From: Flavobacteriales bacterium UBA6049
GTDB lineage: Bacteria > Bacteroidota > Bacteroidia > Flavobacteriales_G > Salibacteraceae
Direction of reading: 5' to 3'
NCBI GenBank assembly: GCA_002429085.1
Contig: DIYR01000215.1
Location: 2,647-66,646 of the forward strand
Length of the DNA stretch: 64,000 nt
How positions within the stretch are numbered: the first letter of the stretch is position 1; each line of letters opens with the position of its first letter. Positions 8,529-17,797 of the stretch are shown one piece after another. Under the pieces are notes generated by a model. That model was not told the DNA's origin, did no database searches, and was given only the letters and a program-made list of their open reading frames with translations. The position numbers were made by a program, and so were the translations under genes.

Positions 8529-9623
8529 ATGCTTATTGGATTACAAATTCTATTTCTACTCGGATTTCCACTTCTAGCGACTAGACTGCATCAGCGTTAC
8601 CATTGGTTCAGTCCAATTATTGCAAGTTATGCCATAGGTATTGCAATTGGAAACCTCTTTCCTTCATATTTAAACGAAGGCTGGAGTATGCATTTAACCG
8701 AATTATCGGTGTTAATGGCTATTCCAATGCTTTTGTTTGGAAGCAGCATGAAACAATTAGTGTTGCAAAGTAAACCGATGTTGTTGGCTTTTGCAACCGC
8801 TTGTATTGCAACAACCATTGCTGTTTTAGTAGCTCATCATGTAATCCTAGTAGAAGACCCGCAAGCATCTCTAATTGCCGGGATGATTACTGGAGTATAT
8901 ACTGGTGGAACTACTAACTTGAATGCCATTGGCTTTGCTTTAAATGCTCCGAGTGAATTATTTGTTGTTCTTAATGCATTCGATACAGTATACAGTGCTC
9001 TCTATCTTTTTATTCTGTTATTAATTGGTAAGCTGGTATTCTCAAAAATATTTAAGGTAACAGACTGGCATGACAAATCTTGGGATGAAGAGCTTACATA
9101 TCCATTCAGTTGGTTAGATCTATTAAAAACACATGGCTTTGCTATTCTGATGATTGGTAGTGCAGTAGGAATAACATTCTTACTCGCTGGATCATTGAAT
9201 GGAACATGGATTATATTACTGTTATCTGCTTTTGCCATTTTAGCTTCAGGATTAAAGCCTGTACAAAAGCTTACTCAACCGCATTTATATGCTGACTACT
9301 GGTTACAAGTATTTGCTATTTCTATGGGCAGTATGGCTAGCTGGGAAAAGATATCTTGGGAAGACACCAGTATATTATTTGCCTTGGGGTTGGTATTCTT
9401 GGTAATGCTACTCATTCATTATGGATTGAGTAAACTATTTAAATTCGATAGAGATACGACAATTATAGCTTCTATTGCTGCAGTATTTGGCCCTCCATTC
9501 ATCGGATTAGTTGCGAAAAACCTAAAAGCTGAAAAGCTTATTCTGCCTGGAATTGCTGTTGCGATTGTTGGTAATGCGTTCGGAACTTATTTAGGTCTTG
9601 CTATTGAGTGGATGCTGAGATAA
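8529..9623 (+). CDS. Polytopic membrane protein (DUF819-like)
   Basis: About 10 predicted TM helices. The family name is from memory of similar Flavobacteriia proteins, not from a search. Confidence 0.65.
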   Translation: MLIGLQILFLLGFPLLATRLHQRYHWFSPIIASYAIGIAIGNLFPSYLNEGWSMHLTELSVLMAIPMLLFGSSMKQLVLQSKPMLLAFATACIATTIAVLVAHHVILVEDPQASLIAGMITGVYTGGTTNLNAIGFALNAPSELFVVLNAFDTVYSALYLFILLLIGKLVFSKIFKVTDWHDKSWDEELTYPFSWLDLLKTHGFAILMIGSAVGITFLLAGSLNGTWIILLLSAFAILASGLKPVQKLTQPHLYADYWLQVFAISMGSMASWEKISWEDTSILFALGLVFLVMLLIHYGLSKLFKFDRDTTIIASIAAVFGPPFIGLVAKNLKAEKLILPGIAVAIVGNAFGTYLGLAIEWMLR

Positions 9624-9629
9624 GCGCAT

Positions 9630-9670
9630 AAAAAAAGGGAGCCACTGCAGAAATGCGATGTGACTCCCCC
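9630..9670 (-). terminator. Rho-independent terminator, minus-strand orientation
   Basis: The imperfect hairpin GGGAGcCAC...GTGaCTCCC (9637-9668) is followed on the minus strand by a 7-nt U tract (A run 9630-9636 on plus). It lies 14 nt past the plus-strand DUF819 stop but about 155 nt past the aroG-like stop. Confidence 0.5.
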
Positions 9671-9825
9671 CACTAACCACCTACTGGTACAAATGTACAG
9701 GAAGTTTTAGATCATCCAAGCTTTTCTATAGAAAAAAACCGTTAAATATTCCCTAATATCAGTGGAAACAGAACGCCATAACCCCTAATTAGAATAGTAA
9801 AAAGGCAAGTATTAATTGTTAGTTA

Positions 9826-10923
9826 TTAATCCTGAGTCTCTTGCTGAAAAATTCCAGTTTGAATGCGAATAGATTCGTCATGAATTATTTTCATCAGAAT
9901 TTCTGCAAAATGGGCATCAATATCCTGAGATTGAGCAAAAGGAATACGAGAATCTAAGATCTCTTTCCAACGTTCCAGTTGAAAAACGGACACATTATTC
10001 TCTTTTTTGTATTCACCTAGCTCCTTTGAAAGATCAAATCGCTTAGCTAAAACTCGAATCAATTCTGAGTCTAGTTCATCCATAGCACTACGATACGTTT
10101 CTAACTTAGCCGTAAACTCAGCCGAATTGCTCCTTGCATTTCGAACAATTAATTGTTCCAACATCTCATTGAGCCTGCCAGGTGTTATTTGTTGTTGCGC
10201 ATCACTTAAAGCACTATCAGGAGTGTAGTGAGATTCTATCATTAATCCATCAAAATCTAAGTCAAACGCTTTTTGAGCAACATAACTCAATTTATCTCTA
10301 GCTCCAGCTATATGACTAGGATCACAAAAAAGAGGCAACGATGGCAAGGTGGTTTTTAACTCAATCGGAATCTCCCAGTTTGGCGCATTTCTAAACTGCT
10401 TATTCATTGAAGAAAAGCCTCTATGAATAGCGGCAATTTGCTTGATCCCTGCTTGGTTGATTCGTTCCAAAGCTCCTATCCATAACGCTAAATCTGGGTT
10501 GATCGGATTCTTTACCATCACAGGAATATCAACGCCTTTTAGTACATCTGCAATTTCTTGAACTGAAAATGGGTTTACCGTGGTTCTAGCCCCTATCCAT
10601 AGAATTTTCATTCCGTATTCAAGAGCTAATTCTACATGCTTTGCGTTTGCTACTTCAACTGCAACTGGAATATTCAATTCGTTTTGAACACGCTGTAACC
10701 ATGGAAAAGCCTTTTCTCCCACTCCTTCAAATGAATTTGGTCTGGTACGAGGTTTCCACACACCTGCCCTGTAAGCGTGAATACGATTGCTTGCTTTTAA
10801 AGCATTAGCAGTTGCCAATACTTGTTCTTCTGTTTCAGCACTGCAAGGACCAGCTATAATTGCAGGTTTTCCGTTGGTATTTAACCAACTAGAAAAGTCA
10901 ACCATATTTATTGTAGCATTCAC
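9826..10923 (-). CDS. Bifunctional 3-deoxy-7-phosphoheptulonate (DAHP) synthase / chorismate mutase type II
   Basis: N-terminal type I-beta DAHP/KDO8P synthase pattern (IIAGPCSAE, KPRT, CDPSH). C-terminal AroQ chorismate mutase helices (LDSELIRVLAKRFDLSKELGEYK). Confidence 0.85.
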   Translation of the reverse strand: MNATINMVDFSSWLNTNGKPAIIAGPCSAETEEQVLATANALKASNRIHAYRAGVWKPRTRPNSFEGVGEKAFPWLQRVQNELNIPVAVEVANAKHVELALEYGMKILWIGARTTVNPFSVQEIADVLKGVDIPVMVKNPINPDLALWIGALERINQAGIKQIAAIHRGFSSMNKQFRNAPNWEIPIELKTTLPSLPLFCDPSHIAGARDKLSYVAQKAFDLDFDGLMIESHYTPDSALSDAQQQITPGRLNEMLEQLIVRNARSNSAEFTAKLETYRSAMDELDSELIRVLAKRFDLSKELGEYKKENNVSVFQLERWKEILDSRIPFAQSQDIDAHFAEILMKIIHDESIRIQTGIFQQETQD

Positions 10924-10956
10924 TATCTATTCAACGTTTGTGTGTAAGCAAAGTTC

Positions 10957-11982
10957 CTACCACTTCACTACTATTTTCCCCATAGAACTGCGACCTTCTA
11001 ACAAGTTATGAGCTTCGTGAATTTGACTGGTTGAGAATACACCTCCGATATGAGGTTTGAGCACTTCTTGCTCGTATAAATCAATGCAAGCTTGCAAACA
11101 CTCTCCAATGATGTGAGGTTTGTTATCGGCAATGCGCAACATATTTACACCAATTACTCCTTGAGATTTAATTAATAATCCCAAAGGATGCATCAATCCA
11201 AAATCCCATGCAAGTTTAAGTTTATCTAACAACCCACCTTTCGAACCAGACCAAGTTGATACTCCATACAACACATGTCTGCCTCCCAAGGCCAGTAATT
11301 TTTGATCTTTTTTAAATGACTTTCCTCCAATCGGATTGAATATAACGTCAATAGGTTTCTCCCCTACTCTTTGTGAGATAACTGATACATAATCGTTCTC
11401 TCGATAGTTAATTGGATAATCGCAGCCAATTTCTTTTAAAAAGTCCAGTTTTTCTGGTCTACTGGCTGTTCCGAACACAGTACATTCTCTCCACTTTGCT
11501 AATTGAACAGTGGCTATTCCTACACCACCAGCAGCGGCATGTACCAATACATTCTCGCCTTTTTGAATATTTGCTACATAAATTGCGTTGTAGTAAGCTG
11601 TACAGTATTGTGTAGCAAGTGCTGTTCCTATTTCATCTGAAACAGAATTGGGTAATTTACATACAGCCCGTTGATCTGCCATCGCCTCTTCTGCGTAAGC
11701 ACCAAAACGAGTAAGTGCCACTACGCGATCTCCTACTTTAAGATCTGTAACATTATTTCCTATCTCTTTTATTACACCTACTACTTCGTACCCTGGTACA
11801 AATGGAGGGGGAGGCGCATCATTGTATAATCCGGTTCTTGCCATTACATCGGCATAGTTTAAACCGAAAGTTGATACGGTAATTTTTACTTGACCAGACT
11901 CTGGTTTACCTAAATCTATCGGACGAAGTTCAAATGATTCTTCGCTTTTACCATGTTTGGTAATGTAAATTCCATTTGCCAT
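10957..11982 (-). CDS. Zinc-type/MDR quinone oxidoreductase family protein
   Basis: GroES-like N-terminal domain and a Rossmann AAAGGVG motif. Medium-chain dehydrogenase architecture. Confidence 0.8.
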   Translation of the reverse strand: MANGIYITKHGKSEESFELRPIDLGKPESGQVKITVSTFGLNYADVMARTGLYNDAPPPPFVPGYEVVGVIKEIGNNVTDLKVGDRVVALTRFGAYAEEAMADQRAVCKLPNSVSDEIGTALATQYCTAYYNAIYVANIQKGENVLVHAAAGGVGIATVQLAKWRECTVFGTASRPEKLDFLKEIGCDYPINYRENDYVSVISQRVGEKPIDVIFNPIGGKSFKKDQKLLALGGRHVLYGVSTWSGSKGGLLDKLKLAWDFGLMHPLGLLIKSQGVIGVNMLRIADNKPHIIGECLQACIDLYEQEVLKPHIGGVFSTSQIHEAHNLLEGRSSMGKIVVKW

Positions 11983-12759
11983 CTAGCGCACTTTTGCTTT
12001 AAGTAGAATGGAAGCAAACAAGCTCGGAAAAAAGCGTTTTATATAAATAGACAACACTTCGTACCCACCAAAATAGGCTTCTTTTTTTCCCTTTTCGATT
12101 GAGCGAATAATTTTCTTTGCCAAAACCATAGGTTCCATACCATTAGCTTGAGCGTCATCCATCTCATTTAGTTTTTCGCCTTTTTCGTTTAAGGCATTTA
12201 CTGAAACATCTGTTTTAATAAAACCCGGACAAAGAATGGTTACTTGAATATTGCTCTCGTGTAATTCTGCTCTTAAACCATCAAAGTAGCCATGTAAAGC
12301 ATGCTTTGCTGCTGCATATGCTGTTCTATACGGAGACGAAATAATTCCAACTAAACTACTCGTTACAGCAATTTTACCGCCCCCCATGTTTACCATGTGT
12401 TGTGCCACATAACGAGTAAGTTCTGCTGTTCCAAAGAAATCTACTTCCATGATTCTCCGTTCAGTTTCTAGGGAAGTCTCTAGCGCTAACCCACGCTGAC
12501 TAATTCCACCATTGTTAATAAGCACATCTATTTTCTGTGTCTTCTGAATAGCTTCTTTTGCTTTCTGTTCAAGTGTATCAGTTTGCGATAAATCTAAAGG
12601 TATCACATAACTCTCAGTTTTCAACTCACTTGCAAGCTTGTTCAACTTCTCCTCATTTCGAGCTGATAGAATAAGCGTAGCGCCTTTTTCGGCATAAGTT
12701 CTAGCTAATGCTTCTCCAATTCCTGAGCTTGCTCCAGTGATCCAAACTGTTTGTTTCAT
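11983..12759 (-). CDS. SDR family oxidoreductase
   Basis: TGASSGIG cofactor motif, NNGG, and the catalytic YxxxK (YAAAK). Confidence 0.85.
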   Translation of the reverse strand: MKQTVWITGASSGIGEALARTYAEKGATLILSARNEEKLNKLASELKTESYVIPLDLSQTDTLEQKAKEAIQKTQKIDVLINNGGISQRGLALETSLETERRIMEVDFFGTAELTRYVAQHMVNMGGGKIAVTSSLVGIISSPYRTAYAAAKHALHGYFDGLRAELHESNIQVTILCPGFIKTDVSVNALNEKGEKLNEMDDAQANGMEPMVLAKKIIRSIEKGKKEAYFGGYEVLSIYIKRFFPSLFASILLKAKVR

Positions 12760-12820
12760 GCTGTTCTTTTAATAGTAAAAGCTTAAACAAGATTAAACAA
12801 TTCAGTTCATGCCAATTCCA

Positions 12821-12828
12821 TACGTTTG
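12821..12828 (+). promoter_or_regulatory. -7 promoter box TACGTTTG
   Basis: Perfect match to the Bacteroidota TAnnTTTG consensus, 10 nt upstream of the ATG at 12839. Confidence 0.4.
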
Positions 12829-12838
12829 GATGAAAGCT

Positions 12839-13777
12839 ATGAATACAATACAATCTCTTTTCACATTTGCCCTATCAGCTAGCTTACTAGTTGGATGTGG
12901 CCAGTCAACAGAACAGCATATGGATAAGCGAATGATTGATGTACAAGGTCATCGTGGGTGTAGAGGTTTACAACCAGAAAATACTATTCCGGCCTTTAAA
13001 AAAGCGTTAGAACTTGGCGTTTCTACATTAGAATTAGATGTTGTAATTACGGCTGATGGAGAAGTTATTCTAAGTCATGAACCATTTTTGTCTCATGAGA
13101 TTTGTTCTGACACGAATGGTATTCGCATATCAGAAAAGAATGAACGAACATTTAATATTTACCAAATGACTTTTGCCGAATTGCAAGCGTACGATTGCGG
13201 CTTACAAGACCATCCTCGTTTTCCGAACCAAGAAAAAATTCTAGTTACCAAACCGAGATTAGAGGATGTCATCCACTATAGTGACTCGTTGGCGGATGTA
13301 TTAAAGAGGCCCTTACCTTTTTACAACATTGAAACAAAGTCTACTCCAGAAGGAGACTCTATATATCATCCTCTTCCTGCCGAATTCACTGATAAGCTGA
13401 TTGAAGTAATTGAACGCACCAATAGTTCTGAACGTGTTACTATTCAATCTTTTGATGTTAGAACACTTCAACATGCACATGTCAATTATCCTGATATCAA
13501 GTTGGTGCTGCTAGTGGAAAACAAAGAAACTATTGATGCCAATCTAGAGAAGCTTGGATTTACACCTGAGGTTTACAGTTGTGATTTCACCTTACTCAAT
13601 AAAGAAACTGTTCAATCTCTACAAGAAAAAAACATACAGGTAATTCCATGGACAGTAAACGAAGTAAAAGATATGAAGAACCTTCTGAACTGGGGTGTAG
13701 ACGGTATTATCACGGATTATCCTGATAAGTTGATTCCCTTATTGAAAAGGGATGAAATACTTTACTGGAGCAGGTAA
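12839..13777 (+). CDS. Glycerophosphodiester phosphodiesterase (lipoprotein)
   Basis: GDPD motifs (QGHRGCRG, LELDV). Signal peptide with lipobox LLVGC. The start is uncertain: ATGs occur at 12809, 12830 and 12839. I chose 12839 because the -7 box ends at 12828. Confidence 0.75.
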   Translation: MNTIQSLFTFALSASLLVGCGQSTEQHMDKRMIDVQGHRGCRGLQPENTIPAFKKALELGVSTLELDVVITADGEVILSHEPFLSHEICSDTNGIRISEKNERTFNIYQMTFAELQAYDCGLQDHPRFPNQEKILVTKPRLEDVIHYSDSLADVLKRPLPFYNIETKSTPEGDSIYHPLPAEFTDKLIEVIERTNSSERVTIQSFDVRTLQHAHVNYPDIKLVLLVENKETIDANLEKLGFTPEVYSCDFTLLNKETVQSLQEKNIQVIPWTVNEVKDMKNLLNWGVDGIITDYPDKLIPLLKRDEILYWSR

Positions 13778-13779
13778 GA

Positions 13780-14073
13780 TCAATTCTTACCCGCTTTCAA
13801 ATACTTCTGAATGCTTGTGACATACTCGTCAAAAGCTTCACTTCCTTTTTGAGTAACCATGCAAGTAGTGACTGGGTAATTTCCTTTATATCCTTTTTCT
13901 ACCTCTATGTAACCTGCTGCTTTGAGCTTAGTTAATTGCACACTTAAATTACCTCTTGTGGCACTTGTTTCTTCTAATAAGTAATTGAATTCGGCAGATT
14001 TTACACCTACCAACAAACTCATAATTGCCAACCGTAATTGAGAATGTAATAAGGGATCGAGCGATTTAAACAT
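13780..14073 (-). CDS. Small winged-helix transcriptional regulator (ArsR/HTH_34-like)
   Basis: LDPLLHSQLRLAIMSLL...RGNLSVQLTKLKAAGYIEVEK fits a wHTH layout. It overlaps the upstream membrane protein gene by 8 nt (ATGTTTAA). Confidence 0.7.
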   Translation of the reverse strand: MFKSLDPLLHSQLRLAIMSLLVGVKSAEFNYLLEETSATRGNLSVQLTKLKAAGYIEVEKGYKGNYPVTTCMVTQKGSEAFDEYVTSIQKYLKAGKN

Positions 14074-14659
14074 TGGCCTTCTTCGCTTTTTGATATAAAA
14101 TGATTCCAGGAATCATATAGCTAACCCAAATGGCCGCAACAAGAAATAATAACTGGTATTGAAATTCAAACTGAGTACTAATTAATGCCAACACCCAACA
14201 GCTTGCAGCTCCAAATTGCATGATTCGCAATTTTAACAATCCTCCACTTACAAAGGTTGCCGCCCCGTATAATGCTATCATAATTGGATAGGCCGCACTC
14301 CATTCTATTACGTGCGTTATACCCATAACAATAAGTATAACCATCAATGCCCCTACAGCTGGCCATAGTAAACTCATTACCTCATCAAAATGAGTATGTA
14401 TTTTGGCCACCTTCTTCATTTTTGAAACTTTTACTCCAGTAGCAATTCCTGCCAATGGCATTAATACTGCCCAGCCTATTGCGTGCATTCCATTTGTGTT
14501 CCCAGATTTTAGCATAACGAATTGGAATAGTGCAGCGAGTGTAACCGCTACTCCCCAAAGTAAATAGATACTTCCGTCATCTTGAATTCGTTTTCTGCTT
14601 GTTGCAATCATTTGTTGCATGATTGCCAAGCTTTCTTCGTTCGTCATTTCTTGATTCAT
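14066..14659 (-). CDS. Integral membrane protein of unknown function (about 5 TM helices)
   Basis: Long ORF with several hydrophobic helices, co-oriented with and overlapping the wHTH regulator gene. Confidence 0.6.
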   Translation of the reverse strand: MNQEMTNEESLAIMQQMIATSRKRIQDDGSIYLLWGVAVTLAALFQFVMLKSGNTNGMHAIGWAVLMPLAGIATGVKVSKMKKVAKIHTHFDEVMSLLWPAVGALMVILIVMGITHVIEWSAAYPIMIALYGAATFVSGGLLKLRIMQFGAASCWVLALISTQFEFQYQLLFLVAAIWVSYMIPGIILYQKAKKANV

Positions 14660-14669
14660 TTTGAATTTG

Positions 14670-14684
14670 GTTTATGTTGTAAAC
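14670..14684. promoter_or_regulatory. Palindrome GTTTA-N5-TAAAC, site 1 (candidate operator)
   Basis: GTTTAtgttgTAAAC lies 11 nt upstream of the membrane protein start codon. The half-sites are identical to those at 14732-14746. Confidence 0.3.
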
Positions 14685-14693
14685 TAGATTTTC

Positions 14694-14718
14694 ATAAAAA
14701 AAGAGCAGTCGCTCTTCG
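14694..14718 (-). terminator. Short terminator after the M23 peptidase gene
   Basis: On the minus strand: AAGAGC gact GCTCTT followed by T7. The stem is only 6 bp. Confidence 0.45.
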
Positions 14719-14726
14719 CAAATATA
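14719..14726 (-). promoter_or_regulatory. -7 promoter box TATATTTG
   Basis: Perfect TAnnTTTG on the minus strand, 2 nt upstream of the terminator stem and 59 nt upstream of the ATG at 14659. Confidence 0.35.
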
Positions 14727-14731
14727 AACAA

Positions 14732-14746
14732 GTTTACATTATAAAC
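14732..14746. promoter_or_regulatory. Palindrome GTTTA-N5-TAAAC, site 2 (candidate operator)
   Basis: GTTTAcattaTAAAC lies 62 bp centre-to-centre from site 1 and immediately upstream of the -7 box. Confidence 0.3.
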
Positions 14747-14768
14747 AATGTTCAGAAAAAAACACGAA

Positions 14769-16064
14769 CTATAAACTCGCACGTGCTTCCTTCATTTCTT
14801 CCCGTTGAATGAAATCTATTGGAACATTATCTAGTTGCTCTTTAGACTGCAACATCAGTTTCATAAATTCCTCTTTTTGTGATGGATCCACTGGCTTAGA
14901 TGGTGGCATAGGTTCATTTCTATGATTAACCTGCTTACCGTTCTTCCAAAACCTAAAGCAAACATGTGGACCAGTAGCTAATCCAGTACTACCAACATAT
15001 CCAATTACGTCACCTTGTCGAACCGATGTTCCAGGTTTCATACCAGCACCAATTTTACTCATGTGCAGGTATTGAGTTGTATAAGTACTATTATGACGAA
15101 TTTTCACATAATTCCCATTGTACTTTGAAAACCTAGCTTCGGTTACCACTCCATCTCCTACTGCCAGAATAGGTGTACCTCTTGGAGCTGCATAATCAGT
15201 ACCCAAATGAGCTTTCCATCTTTTTTGAACTGGGTGAAACCTCTTCATGGTATAGCCTGAAGTCATTCTTCCATATTTCAAAGGAGATTTCAAGAACGCC
15301 TTACGAAGACTATTTCCTTCATCATCGAAATAATCTTTCCCAGTAGCATTGTCAAATTGGAAAGCATAGAAATCACCTCCGCTGTGATTAAAAAGAGATG
15401 CATGTACTTCACCTATTCCTACAAACTCATCATTTACGTACCGTTCTTCAAAAATCACCTTGAAATAATCGTTACGCTGAATGCGATAAAAATCTATTGT
15501 CCAAGCATACACGTTTGCCAACTCCATTGCCAACGCTGGGTTAACTTCTTGCTCTTGTAAGGTTTCAAATAAAGAAGAAGTAATAACTCCACTGGCCTCC
15601 CTGGTTCTAACATGAACCGGCAGTTCCCCTACATAAATCTGTGAAGTATCCTGTAATGGATACACTACATATTCAATTGCATTTGGCTGGTAAATGAAAT
15701 ACTGTGCGGTTGCTAAAGAATCGGTAGACTTTAAGATGGTGTACTTTTTACCATGACGCAGATAGCGCACATCATATACATCTTTACTTGCTCTAGCAAC
15801 ACGATCAATGGTAACATAATCTACATCATGTCCTAAGAGGATATCGGCTAAAAACTCGTTTCGAGCAATGGATCCTTGAAAAATATCAAAGCTATCTTTT
15901 GGAAAACCAAAGATGCTATCTGGAACTACTATTGGTTCCACCTCAACCTGATTGGCCAATAAGGGTTTTGCTGCTGTATCATCCTTATCGCACAGTAATA
16001 GCAATGCGGTGAAAATAACTGCCACACCAGCTAGCAAGAAATACGCTAGTTTATGACTACTCAT
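14769..16064 (-). CDS. M23 family metallopeptidase
   Basis: HxGxD (HLGTDYAAP) and HxH-type (QYLHMS, GPHVCF) LytM motifs. N-terminal membrane anchor. Confidence 0.85.
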   Translation of the reverse strand: MSSHKLAYFLLAGVAVIFTALLLLCDKDDTAAKPLLANQVEVEPIVVPDSIFGFPKDSFDIFQGSIARNEFLADILLGHDVDYVTIDRVARASKDVYDVRYLRHGKKYTILKSTDSLATAQYFIYQPNAIEYVVYPLQDTSQIYVGELPVHVRTREASGVITSSLFETLQEQEVNPALAMELANVYAWTIDFYRIQRNDYFKVIFEERYVNDEFVGIGEVHASLFNHSGGDFYAFQFDNATGKDYFDDEGNSLRKAFLKSPLKYGRMTSGYTMKRFHPVQKRWKAHLGTDYAAPRGTPILAVGDGVVTEARFSKYNGNYVKIRHNSTYTTQYLHMSKIGAGMKPGTSVRQGDVIGYVGSTGLATGPHVCFRFWKNGKQVNHRNEPMPPSKPVDPSQKEEFMKLMLQSKEQLDNVPIDFIQREEMKEARASL

Positions 16065-17031
16065 TGTCTTCTCCGTTCGAATTCAATATAGATTCCACAA
16101 AATTCTTACCCCAATTATCTTTCTCTTCTTGACTCCAAAGCTCTGGAAAGAAAATTCTTCTTTGGAATTGTGGTGGTAAGTATTGTTGCCAGTTAGTACC
16201 ACCTGTTGCCTTGGCGTCTACAGGCCTTCTCTTTAAATAAGTAATAGCCGATTTTAAGTGCATCAATGGCCACTCCACATTTACGTATGAATCTAATTGG
16301 CGCAAAGCCTTTATAACTTTAGAATCAGCTTGCTCTTCTTCTGTCAAAGACTTATACCTCATCCAGATGTTGGTGTCTTTGTAATTTCCAGCAAGCTTCA
16401 ATAACTCATCTGTGTACTTAGCTTCAAACTGACGAAGTGTAAGTGTTTTCTTTCCTGTTTCTTCTTCTGTTGCACCACGTTTCCAGTACAAGTAGTTGAA
16501 CATTTCAGGTAAGTTCTCTTGATCATTTACAAATTGTTCGCGCTGATCAGCATGTACTAAATTTATAAACGGAGTAGCACAAATTTCTATTTTACGGTAC
16601 TGCGCACTTTGAAACCCACTGGCTGGAATTAAGCTCATTCTAAACTTCAAGAACTGATCCCTATCCATTCCTTTATACATTACTTCAAACGACTTGGTTA
16701 AAGCCTCGAAATAACGGTTGATACGCATAATTCTTCTCAAAAAGAATTCGCTATTCAACGATTCATGCTCACCAATCTGTTTGATTTCATGTAAGGATAA
16801 CTTGAAATACAACTCAGTTATCTGATGGTACATGATGAAAATCTCTTCATCCGGAAAGCTTGTTCGTGGATTTTGAAGACTCAACAGTGTATCTAAATGA
16901 ATGTAGTTCCAGTAGCTGATGTAGTCTGCGTAAAGCAATCCATCTAAGTATGCAGACAAATCTTGTCCTGTAACGTCATACTTTTCTTGAAGCTTTTCAA
17001 CACGCTCAATAATCTCCTCTGATAAAGCCAT
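16057..17031 (-). CDS. Tryptophan 2,3-dioxygenase family protein
   Basis: YWNYIHLDTLLSLQ and HQITELYFKLSLHE resemble the conserved TDO helices (Y..YL.LD.LL..Q and HQ.SELW.KL..HE). Confidence 0.75.
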   Translation of the reverse strand: MALSEEIIERVEKLQEKYDVTGQDLSAYLDGLLYADYISYWNYIHLDTLLSLQNPRTSFPDEEIFIMYHQITELYFKLSLHEIKQIGEHESLNSEFFLRRIMRINRYFEALTKSFEVMYKGMDRDQFLKFRMSLIPASGFQSAQYRKIEICATPFINLVHADQREQFVNDQENLPEMFNYLYWKRGATEEETGKKTLTLRQFEAKYTDELLKLAGNYKDTNIWMRYKSLTEEEQADSKVIKALRQLDSYVNVEWPLMHLKSAITYLKRRPVDAKATGGTNWQQYLPPQFQRRIFFPELWSQEEKDNWGKNFVESILNSNGEDNE

Positions 17032-17122
17032 AACTCTGTATTCAGGTTAATCGGGCGAAAGTAGTTATTCAAAGTAAATGAATCACCTCGCCTAAGATTA
17101 CAACTTCAAGAGAGCATTTTAA

Positions 17123-17134
17123 ACATTGCAATGT
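17123..17134. promoter_or_regulatory. Perfect 12-bp palindrome ACATTGCAATGT in a divergent promoter region
   Basis: Read directly from the sequence. It lies between the TDO operon and the DUF2975/HTH operon. Confidence 0.25.
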
Positions 17135-17243
17135 GAAATTACAGAACAACATATTAAAAACGAGGCAAAAACATCCCAAATCAATTATAAATTATTGTTA
17201 TTCAATAATTTTTTATTCTTTTGGGTATAAAACATAAGTGACT

Positions 17244-17795
17244 ATGACGAACGAATCAACGTCAAAACATTCATCAAAAGGAATCAATGCCTTTTCTTTT
17301 CTCTATTATGGAGGGCTGATAATGGTTTCTACTAAACTCATTCAATACGGACAGTGGATTTTCCAACTTATCAAAAATTGGAGTTTACCAGAAGAGCCTT
17401 TCTTCTCTAAAATTATGTTGTTGCCAACAGAAGCTCAATTTTCACCTAGTGTCTATTTAGTTTATGCTCTTCTATATATATTGTTCTATTCATTTATAGT
17501 GGTCGGTTTTTTTCAACTGGACAGAGCCATCAAACTTTTATCTAAACAGAAAATCTTTATTCCCGAAGTCCATTCTGGTTTCAAAAGAGCTGCACGATCA
17601 TTCTTGATTTATGTCATTGGAACATTCTTAGTTGATTTTGTTCTACTTCTGTCAGCTACAACCTCAAGACCTATTTTAAGCTTATTTACCACCGAAACAA
17701 TTGTTTTTACTATTCTGGGCTATTTACTATTATTCTTAGCCGATATACTAAAAGAGGGTATTGCTCTAAAACAAGAAAACGAACTAACGATTTGA
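17244..17795 (+). CDS. DUF2975-like membrane protein
   Basis: Four TM helices. It sits immediately upstream of, and almost overlapping, a YozG-type HTH gene, which I recall as the usual pairing. ATG at 17244, with an alternative GTG at 17238. Confidence 0.65.
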   Translation: MTNESTSKHSSKGINAFSFLYYGGLIMVSTKLIQYGQWIFQLIKNWSLPEEPFFSKIMLLPTEAQFSPSVYLVYALLYILFYSFIVVGFFQLDRAIKLLSKQKIFIPEVHSGFKRAARSFLIYVIGTFLVDFVLLLSATTSRPILSLFTTETIVFTILGYLLLFLADILKEGIALKQENELTI

Positions 17796-17797
17796 TT

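Noticed and set aside
9681-9700. Hairpin CCTACTGGTACA / TGTACAGGAAGT in the 9624-9825 spacer
   Set aside because: The arms match at only about 7 of 12 positions and there is no flanking U or A tract. I do not treat it as a structure in its own right.
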